64,000 nucleotides of DNA, from positions 192,001 to 256,000 of the forward strand of contig BTWA01000004.1 in assembly GCA_045863295.1 (NCBI GenBank), written 5' to 3'. Below, piece after piece: positions 1 through 6,960 of this stretch (position 1 is the first letter of the stretch; the number at the start of each line of letters is the position of its first letter). The stretch is from Candidatus Hydrogenedentota bacterium. Lineage in GTDB: Bacteria; Hydrogenedentota; Hydrogenedentia; Hydrogenedentales; SLHB01. The notes below the pieces were generated by a model, which saw only the letters and a program-made list of their open reading frames with translations, ran no database searches and was not told the DNA's origin. The position numbers were made by a program, and so were the translations under genes.

Positions 1-464
1 GTCCCATCGACAATGACGTTGCCTTCATTGTCGATTTCGACCTTGCCTTCGCCCACGTCAATCCCACCCGACACTTTGAACCCTTCGGTCGTCACAAGCT
101 GGCCATCCACGCCGACAGTGAACTGGCCGTTACGGGTGTAGCGGGGCCCCTCCGGCGTGTCGACGGCAAAAAAGCCGGGGCCTTCAATCGCCACATTCAG
201 CGGATTGCCGGTGTCCTGAAGCGGACCGGGCTTCAGGTCGGTAAATGTGGACCAGGGTCGCAGGCCACCACCGGGGCCGGCCTCGCGGTTGAAGAAGAAG
301 GGATCGCGCATGGCTTTGAAGAAAACCTGATCGAAGCCTTCCTGCACCATTTCTTGACGGCGAAAACCCGGGGTAGTCGCGTTAGCGATGTTATTCGCCA
401 CGACGTCTTGGAGTCGTTCGATGCCCATCATGCCGGTTGCCGCGGCGTATAACCCCTGGATCAT
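1..464 (-). CDS. flgF: Flagellar basal-body rod protein FlgF/FlgG family, 5' part only (runs off window)
   Basis: Not in the ORF track. Manual translation from ATG at 464 gives MIQGLYAAATGMMGIERLQDVVANNIANATTPGFRR...TGNPLNVAIEGPGFFAVDTPEGPRYTRNGQF, with the N-terminal NNIAN rod motif and YTRNG. GAGG SD upstream. Confidence 0.85.
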   Translation of the reverse strand, partial: MIQGLYAAATGMMGIERLQDVVANNIANATTPGFRRQEMVQEGFDQVFFKAMRDPFFFNREAGPGGGLRPWSTFTDLKPGPLQDTGNPLNVAIEGPGFFAVDTPEGPRYTRNGQFTVGVDGQLVTTEGFKVSGGIDVGEGKVEIDNEGNVIVDG

Positions 465-608
465 CCCTTCTACCTCTATCCTAATCGCCTTTCGGCGTCA
501 TTCACGGGGCCCGGCTGGGGCATTCAGATGCGGCGACGAGGGATGCCACACCGGAAAACCGGGCCAACCACTCACGAAGAACCTGTATGGGTCAGGTGAA
601 TGGCTATA

Positions 609-625
609 GGCAAACGCTGTGCCAA
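609..625 (-). promoter_or_regulatory. sigma54 (-24/-12) promoter for flgF
   Basis: Minus strand TTGGCACAGCGTTTGCC has exact GG-N10-GC spacing with TGGCAC and TTTGC, about 145 nt upstream of the flgF start. Confidence 0.8.
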
Positions 626-898
626 CAGGGATTTACCGTAAAAAAGCCTTAAAAAGTGAGGATCCGGATGGCCTACGGGCTGGACGAGAGCAATGGCAAC
701 GGCAAGAAATGCCCATCTGAGGCAGGAATTTTCTGCAACGCATTGTCGGAATCTACCGGATCAGTCCTTGAACCGTGCGGAAAGGGGTGGCGGAGGGAAC
801 CGCCGCAGGGGTTCGGACTGCGGCGGCTCCCTCCGAAGGAAGGATGGCTCTACGAGCCATGGTGAAAACAGAAAGTAGACCTCGGACGCCGGTACCGG

Positions 899-1054
899 CT
901 ATGCAGTGGTCAGCACCCAACTGGTCTCGTAAAAGATCATGCCAACCGCAATAAACAACGGACGGCGTATGCGGTAGTGGAGTCGGTGTCCCCGAAAGGC
1001 AAGAAGATACGTAGCCTTGAGTAACGAGTTGGTTTCGATTTTGCTCGCCAACAT
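899..1054 (-). CDS. Putative 51-aa small protein (or sRNA) downstream of a sigma54 promoter
   Basis: ATG at 1054 with AAGGA upstream; MLASKIETNSLLKATYLLAFRGHRLHYRIRRPLFIAVGMIFYETSWVLTTA. No family recognised. Confidence 0.35.
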   Translation of the reverse strand: MLASKIETNSLLKATYLLAFRGHRLHYRIRRPLFIAVGMIFYETSWVLTTA

Positions 1055-1114
1055 GTTCTTCCGGTCCTTATGTTTTGCCCCGAGCGGGCAGTTTTTAATT
1101 GACAAGACAGGAAA

Positions 1115-1131
1115 AGCAACGAGCATGCCAA
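1115..1131 (-). promoter_or_regulatory. Second sigma54 promoter
   Basis: Minus strand TTGGCATGCTCGTTGCT, exact GG-N10-GC. Confidence 0.75.
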
Positions 1132-1134
1132 ATC

Positions 1135-1250
1135 TATTTATTGACGCTAACAAACTGAAATTAAAGCTCTTATGCATCCAAAGTACAACATCGCGACGCA
1201 AGTATTCTTGTTCAAATTTGTCAATAAATATCTTTACTGTTCAATTTTGT
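1135..1250. promoter_or_regulatory. AT-rich putative enhancer (UAS) region
   Basis: Perfect 11-bp inverted pair TATTTATTGAC (1135-1145) / GTCAATAAATA (1220-1230). Direct repeat TGTTCAA(A/T)TTTGT at 1209-1221 and 1238-1250. Confidence 0.45.
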
Positions 1251-1334
1251 ACGCCTCATTAAAAGGAATGAACTTGCCGTCGGCTCCGTTACAAGGCAGA
1301 ATGATGGACCGGCCTTTGGAATCGATCCCATCTT

Positions 1335-2795
1335 ATGAGTGAATCCGAACTGCTTGACGAGCGGACCGCTGCACCCACAGACCGCCGTGTGGAAACTATC
1401 CGCCGGTGGCTGCCGTGGGTGGTGGCGGCCGCGCTGTTCATGGAGCACCTGGATGCGACGATCGTCAATACGGCCGTGCCGACCATCGCCAGCAGTCTCG
1501 GCGTTTCGCCGCTCAGTCTGAAAGGGTTGCTGGCGAGCTATACGCTGAGTCTGGCTGTGTTCATTCCGATCAGCGGATGGATGGCCGACCGGTGGGGAAC
1601 ACGGCGTGTCTTTGCGGCGGCAATCGTCGTATTTCTGTTGGGATCAATTTGTTGCGGCATTTCCTCCAATGTTCCCGCCCTTATCTTGTCGCGCATTCTG
1701 CAGGGTATGGGCGGAGCGATGATGATGCCGGTGGGACGGCTCACGCTGGTTCGTACGTTTCCCCGTTCGGAAATGATCGTGGCCATGAACTACGTGATCA
1801 TACCTGCGTTGATCGGCCCGCTCATTGGACCCTCGCTTGGCGGGGCCATTGTTCACTGGCTGCACTGGCGCATCATTTTCCTAATCAACATCCCCATTGC
1901 GTTGATGGGCCTTTACCTTGTGCACCGGTTTATGCCGGATTACAGGAAGGAATCCCCTGCGCCGCTGGATTTTCGCGGGTTTCTGCTGTTCGGTTCGGGC
2001 ACGGCGCTCATCTCATACGTGATTGAGGTTTTTTGGGAGCATGTCCTCCCCTATTCGACGCTTGCCGTGCTTGCGCTGCTTTCGTTTGGCTTGGTGGGCG
2101 GATATTGGGCGCACTCTCGCCGCACACCGCATCCCATGTTTGACCTGGATGTGTTCCGGGTTCGGACGTTTCGCCTTGCGGTAATGGGTGGATTCATTAC
2201 GCGCCTCGGAATCGGCGGCATGCCGTTTCTCCTGCCGCTGCTGTACCAGGTGGGCTTGGGTTTCGCACCCTGGCAAGCCGGCCTTTTGACCGTGCCACAG
2301 GCAATCGCCGCGATGAGCATGAAGGCGTACAGCCGGTATGTGTTGCGCCGGTTTGGGCATCGATCCGTGCTGATGGCCAATACCGTATTGCTTGGAGGTA
2401 CCATCAGCTTGTTTGCGCTGGTGGACAGGGGCACCCCCATTCCAGCGCTGCTGTTGCTTAGTTTCGCGCAGGGCTTTGTTTCGTCGCTTCAATTTACGAG
2501 CATGAACTCGCTGGTGTTCGCGGACGTGAGCGATGCGGAAGCCAGTAACGCGAGCAGCATCTCAAGCACGGCGCAACAGCTCTCGCTGAGCTTCGGGGTC
2601 GCGTTCGCCTCGTTAATTGCGGAATTGTTCCTGGCCAATGTGAATCGTGAAATTGCGAATCAGGTGCTGCCGGCACTGCATCAGGCCCTGATGGTCATGG
2701 GCGTGTTGACGGCGGTGTCGTCGGTCAGTTTCTGGGGACTTCACACGCGCGACGGCAGCGCGGTAAGTCAGTATAAGCCCGCGGAGAAAAGTTGA
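1335..2795 (+). CDS. DHA2 (EmrB/QacA, 14-TM) MFS efflux transporter
   Basis: FMEHLDATIVNTAVP, GWMADRWGTRR (motif A), RILQGMGGAMMMP; many hydrophobic helices. Confidence 0.92.
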   Translation: MSESELLDERTAAPTDRRVETIRRWLPWVVAAALFMEHLDATIVNTAVPTIASSLGVSPLSLKGLLASYTLSLAVFIPISGWMADRWGTRRVFAAAIVVFLLGSICCGISSNVPALILSRILQGMGGAMMMPVGRLTLVRTFPRSEMIVAMNYVIIPALIGPLIGPSLGGAIVHWLHWRIIFLINIPIALMGLYLVHRFMPDYRKESPAPLDFRGFLLFGSGTALISYVIEVFWEHVLPYSTLAVLALLSFGLVGGYWAHSRRTPHPMFDLDVFRVRTFRLAVMGGFITRLGIGGMPFLLPLLYQVGLGFAPWQAGLLTVPQAIAAMSMKAYSRYVLRRFGHRSVLMANTVLLGGTISLFALVDRGTPIPALLLLSFAQGFVSSLQFTSMNSLVFADVSDAEASNASSISSTAQQLSLSFGVAFASLIAELFLANVNREIANQVLPALHQALMVMGVLTAVSSVSFWGLHTRDGSAVSQYKPAEKS

Positions 2796-2855
2796 GTTTG
2801 TCCTGTAACTGCGTGAGCTGGCGGTCGCGGCCGGAATCCACGTACACTATGGCCC

Positions 2856-3560
2856 ATGGCCCACAATACCCTGATTCTTTTGCCCGCATTCAATGAAGCC
2901 GCGACGCTGCCGCTTGTGCTGCAAGCGGTGAAGTCGGCCGCGCCGGACTGCGACATACTGGTGATTAACGACGGTTCCCGCGATCGCACGGCTGAGTGCG
3001 CGATCGAGGGAGGAGCCACGGTGTGCACTCACCGGTTCAACATGGGCTACGGTGTAGCGCTGCAGACCGGATACAAATACGCATTGAGGCACGGGTATCG
3101 ATTCGCCGTTCAGATGGATGCCGACGGCCAACACGAGGCGGAGGACATCGGCCGACTATTGGACCGCGTGCAGGGGGACTCGTGTGATCTCTGCATTGGA
3201 TCCCGCTTTTTGGAAGGCACGCCGTATGCCATTCCGTTTTCCCGAAAAGTGGGTATGTATTTCTTCCGGCGTATTGCATCTATCATCCTCGGCCAGACGA
3301 TTACCGATCCCACGAGCGGATTTCAGGCCATGAACCGGCACGTCATCGAGTTTTTTGCCCGCGACAGTTATCCCGTGGATTATCCGGACACGGATGTGCT
3401 GGTCATGTTGCACCGGCATGGTTTCCGCGTCAGCGAGGCGCCAGTCCGGATGCGCGCGGGAATCCCCGGCCATACGATGCACGGCGGAATGCGGCCGTTG
3501 TATTACCTTTTTCGCATGAGTCTGGATATTCCGATGAACCTTGTCCGGAAGGAGCGTTGA
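2856..3560 (+). CDS. Glycosyltransferase family 2 (DPM1-like)
   Basis: LPAFNE, INDGSRD, QMDADGQH, GSRF, DPTSGF. Confidence 0.92.
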   Translation: MAHNTLILLPAFNEAATLPLVLQAVKSAAPDCDILVINDGSRDRTAECAIEGGATVCTHRFNMGYGVALQTGYKYALRHGYRFAVQMDADGQHEAEDIGRLLDRVQGDSCDLCIGSRFLEGTPYAIPFSRKVGMYFFRRIASIILGQTITDPTSGFQAMNRHVIEFFARDSYPVDYPDTDVLVMLHRHGFRVSEAPVRMRAGIPGHTMHGGMRPLYYLFRMSLDIPMNLVRKER

Positions 3561-3563
3561 CCC

Positions 3564-3905
3564 ATGGACCCTCGGCAGCGAATTCTGGCGGCGGTGTTTG
3601 GCATTTCGTTGCTCGCCGTCATTTTGGAGTTGGTGAGGCGCAGGCGGTTGAAAGTGGAGTATTCCATACTCTGGCTGGTCGCGGGTGCCGCCATTTTGGT
3701 CGTCGGTCTGAACTACTGGATGTTAGAGGCTATCACCGGGTTTATCGGCGCCGGGTGGACGTCGTCAACGTTGTTCTTTTTTGGCATTTTCTTCGTGCTC
3801 GCGCTCAGCCTGCAATTCAGCGTCAAGATCTCAACGCTGGAAACCCAGGTAAAAAATCTGGTTCAGGAACTTGCCATCAATGAAGCCCGCCCACCCAAAG
3901 GCTAG
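3564..3905 (+). CDS. DUF2304-family small membrane protein
   Basis: LELVRRRRLKVEYSILW and C-terminal KISTLETQVKNLVQELAI; typical position directly after a GT2. Confidence 0.8.
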   Translation: MDPRQRILAAVFGISLLAVILELVRRRRLKVEYSILWLVAGAAILVVGLNYWMLEAITGFIGAGWTSSTLFFFGIFFVLALSLQFSVKISTLETQVKNLVQELAINEARPPKG

Positions 3906-4142
3906 GTTCCATCAATTTCTGTATGGGCCAGACAATGAAATACCCGGTTTTTATCCGGTTGTAGTTGTGCGCTGGCCGAAATCAGCTTTATTCCGCTTCC
4001 AACGATATTAGCCCGGACACTTCACGACTTTGTCCAATAAACTGTGTAACAACAGTTCCACCGCACCATTGTAGAATGCAACGCAAGTACAGTGTGCGCG
4101 TGAAATATCCTCAGCGATTCTAGCTCAAACAATTCTGAGTGA

Positions 4143-4191
4143 GCATTTTGCACCACGGAGACTGTACTTCAGTCTTCGTGGTGCAAAATGC
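4143..4191. terminator. 22-bp inverted repeat overlapping the stop codon of the YgfZ-TPR gene
   Basis: GCATTTTGCACCACGGAGACTG-tactt-CAGTCTTCGTGGTGCAAAATGC, one mismatch. Confidence 0.55.
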
Positions 4192-5902
4192 GGGTTAGGC
4201 GGCGTTCCATCTCTCGGAGCGGCATGAGATCGCCCTTGCGGTTGGCGGCTTCGATGCCTTTGCGATACGCCTGCGCGGCGTCTTCCGTCCTGTTCAAGAA
4301 CTCGAAACACTTGCCGAGGCTGAGATAGGCGGCGGAGTAGTCCTTCTGCACTTTGGCCGCATGCTGTAAATAGGGGATGGCATCGCCAGGCTGATCCAGT
4401 TGCATGTAGGCCATGCCAATGCCATACGTGGCAAGCGGATCGTCGGGGTCGATATCCAGCACTTCGCGAAACATGACGATTCGCTCCTGCGCTTCCACGC
4501 GAATTCGCTCGCGTTCCTCGCGCGCAAGATCCTCCGCGCGCGCCTGATGGCGCGCCATCCGCAACTGCAACACCGCGGCCTTGGCCTTTTCCTCTTCCGC
4601 TTCCTGAATCATTCCTTTGGCCACGTAAAACACCGACAGATTCGTGTGCGCCATGATGCAATCGGGGTTCAACGTCTCCAGCCGTTTCATCACGGATATG
4701 GCTTCGTCGACGCGATGATGCCGGTTTAGAATTACGCCCAGCGCTTCGTATGCATCCTCGAAGGTGGGATACAACAGCACGGCGTGCTGCAATAGGCGTA
4801 TGGCGGTATCGTCCTCATCTTCTGTGTCGGATTCAAAGCGGGCCAGTGCCTCATCGTAGAGTTGGCGCGCACGTTCCTGGCGGGATGCCGCCTCGTAAAA
4901 GGGCAACACCGTTACAAGTGCCGTGTGAGTTGCGTCGCCGTGTTCTCCTGAAAACGACCGGACTTGACCCGGCGCTCGAATATCGCGATCGAGGTAAGCG
5001 AGTGCAATGTGCCGCTGCAGCGTGGGCGACCACGCCGCGCTCTTCATGGTTCCCACCCGCGTACCTTCCATATAGAGCGCCGTATCCAGGGTGGGCAACG
5101 CGTCTTCTGAGACAAGACCCATCAACGCGAATTTGGGCGTGCTGTAGGTCCGCATCTTGGCCACCACCTCTTGTCCGAGGTAGCAGCCCTTGTCGTAGCT
5201 CACACACGTGCGTTCCAGTGTCGTTTCCGGAAGGCGGTTGGAAGAGTCCATATCAATTCCAAACCGCGGGATTCCCGCCTCAATGCGTAGAACATCGCGC
5301 GCCTCCGGGCAAATTGATGCGGCGCCATGGCTCATGAGCTTCTGATGCAGTTCACGGCCCTCACCGGCGGGAACCACCAGCACAAATCCATCTTCGCCCG
5401 TCTCGGAAATTTGAAACGCGAGAACGTGATGATCGAGCAACACGATGGGGCGGCATGTGTAGGGTTCGCGCGGCAATGATTCCGCCGAATCGAATCCCAT
5501 GATCCCGGCCAGCAGCGCTACGCCTTCCGGTCCCTGCAACGCAATTTGATCAAGGTCGTCGCCCGCGTTTTCAATACGGACGTCTTCCAGAAACAGGTGA
5601 GCATCCAATAGATTCAACAAATGATCGGCTTGACGGCGCTCGGTAATGAGCCAATACTCGTCTTCCCACCGGTGCAACGTGAAACTGGCTTGAAGAAAGG
5701 CCTTGCGATCCAGCAGCGCGTTGGCATGGCCTTCGCCGGACTTCAACTTGAGGACGTCGTTTGAAGTTTGCGTTTGAAGCCAGGAGGCCACGTCGCGGCC
5801 GTCAAACCGGACGAACGTCATGTCCTCTCTGAGCCAGACACCCACATGGTTTCTGACCGACTCGACATCCCGCAATACAATCTCGTTAGTCATGGCGCTC
5901 AC
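4169..5902 (-). CDS. ygfZ: YgfZ/GcvT-family folate-binding Fe-S maturation protein fused to C-terminal TPR repeats
   Basis: LRIEAGIPRFG and the YgfZ signature KGCYLGQE; the last ~230 aa are TPR-like (AYEALGVIL, AHTNLSVFY, ATYGIGMAY, AYLSLGKCF). Start is 5902 GTG or 5893 ATG. Confidence 0.85.
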   Translation of the reverse strand: MSAMTNEIVLRDVESVRNHVGVWLREDMTFVRFDGRDVASWLQTQTSNDVLKLKSGEGHANALLDRKAFLQASFTLHRWEDEYWLITERRQADHLLNLLDAHLFLEDVRIENAGDDLDQIALQGPEGVALLAGIMGFDSAESLPREPYTCRPIVLLDHHVLAFQISETGEDGFVLVVPAGEGRELHQKLMSHGAASICPEARDVLRIEAGIPRFGIDMDSSNRLPETTLERTCVSYDKGCYLGQEVVAKMRTYSTPKFALMGLVSEDALPTLDTALYMEGTRVGTMKSAAWSPTLQRHIALAYLDRDIRAPGQVRSFSGEHGDATHTALVTVLPFYEAASRQERARQLYDEALARFESDTEDEDDTAIRLLQHAVLLYPTFEDAYEALGVILNRHHRVDEAISVMKRLETLNPDCIMAHTNLSVFYVAKGMIQEAEEEKAKAAVLQLRMARHQARAEDLAREERERIRVEAQERIVMFREVLDIDPDDPLATYGIGMAYMQLDQPGDAIPYLQHAAKVQKDYSAAYLSLGKCFEFLNRTEDAAQAYRKGIEAANRKGDLMPLREMERRLTRILHHED

Positions 5903-5919
5903 TGGTGTGCCGCAGCCTC

Positions 5920-5952
5920 AAAAACAACACCCCCAGATTTCGTCTGGGGGTG
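5920..5952 (-). terminator. Intrinsic terminator-like hairpin between iscA and ygfZ
   Basis: 10-bp stem CACCCCCAGA/TCTGGGGGTG followed on the minus strand by TTGTTTTT. Confidence 0.6.
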
Positions 5953-5975
5953 CCAAAACACGTATGCGTGGAACA

Positions 5976-6332
5976 TCAAACGCTGAAGGATTCGCCACAA
6001 CCGCATGTGCTGGATGCGTTGGGATTGCGAAAGACAAACCCCTTGCTGTTTAGTCCTTCCTTGTAGTCCAGTTCGATCCCTTTCAGATAGATGGAGGATT
6101 TGCGATCCATGAGGAACCGGACGCCTTCGATATCGACGATGTTGTCGCCCTCACGGGACTTGCCGAATTCAAGCACGTAGGACAGCCCAGAACAGCCGCC
6201 GCCTTTAACGCCAAGCCGGACGCCATCGCACTCCGCCGCTTCTTTTTCCAATAGGCGTCTCAGCTCGCGCAGCGCGCCTTCGGTGGCGGTGACGAGGGTG
6301 CGAGGAGATTCCGTGTGTGTGCCAGATGTCAT
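5976..6332 (-). CDS. iscA: A-type Fe-S carrier (IscA/SufA/HesB family)
   Basis: GVKGGGCSGLSY and C-terminal NPNASSTCGCGESFSV. Confidence 0.95.
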   Translation of the reverse strand: MTSGTHTESPRTLVTATEGALRELRRLLEKEAAECDGVRLGVKGGGCSGLSYVLEFGKSREGDNIVDIEGVRFLMDRKSSIYLKGIELDYKEGLNSKGFVFRNPNASSTCGCGESFSV

Positions 6333-6396
6333 CGATACTACCCCATTGATCCCTATGGTGAACAAGGTTTCATTCTACAACTTTGCCAGCACTAAC

Positions 6397-6903
6397 TCAA
6401 GAAGTAGCTTTGGCTTCGGTGGGCTTCACCAGGTCTTCAAGAACTTCCAGGAGCATCTCATGGTCAACCCCGTACGCCATGCAGACTTGACCTACCGTCT
6501 CATACTGGTTAATTCCGCAGTGTGAACACCCGCCCAAATGAAACGCCGCAAATACTTCGGCCACCCGGGGGTGGATAGACATTGCCTCCCCGATGGACAT
6601 ATCCAAGCTGAAAACGGGGCCATCGGAGGCAATGCCCAAGTGATCGCCGCCGTTGTCTTTCACATGGTCGTCATGCCAGTACTGGCCGAATTCCTCCTCC
6701 GAGGACTTGGTCATGTAGGCCATGTTGTTCATCTTCTTGACCACGGGATTGCGGATGCAGTCGATTTCGCCCGTTGCCGGAATGTACGTCATCTGGCGTT
6801 GAATGGTAAATGTCTCGTCGCATTCATAGTACACCCATGCATCCCCTTTGCCGGGGACCGGCTGGCTTACTTTGTAATAGAGCATATGGCTTGTTGCCTC
6901 CAT
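6397..6903 (-). CDS. Unknown N-terminal domain fused to a DUF1858-like CxxC domain
   Basis: C-terminus DMSIGEAMSIHPRVAEVFAAFHLGGCSHC...ETVGQVCMAYGVDHEMLLEVL resembles DUF1858; the N-terminal ~80 aa are not recognised. Confidence 0.7.
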   Translation of the reverse strand: MEATSHMLYYKVSQPVPGKGDAWVYYECDETFTIQRQMTYIPATGEIDCIRNPVVKKMNNMAYMTKSSEEEFGQYWHDDHVKDNGGDHLGIASDGPVFSLDMSIGEAMSIHPRVAEVFAAFHLGGCSHCGINQYETVGQVCMAYGVDHEMLLEVLEDLVKPTEAKATS

Positions 6904-6960
6904 TAGTGAAAACACATCCCCCGGATGCGCTTATTTCACGCGCGGCCGCTCCCGATACAA

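Noticed and set aside
1040..1082. GGCAAA...GCAAAA spacing reminiscent of a c-di-GMP-I riboswitch (minus strand)
   Set aside because: No convincing P2 stem with GNRA loop or P3 receptor; needs an Infernal scan.
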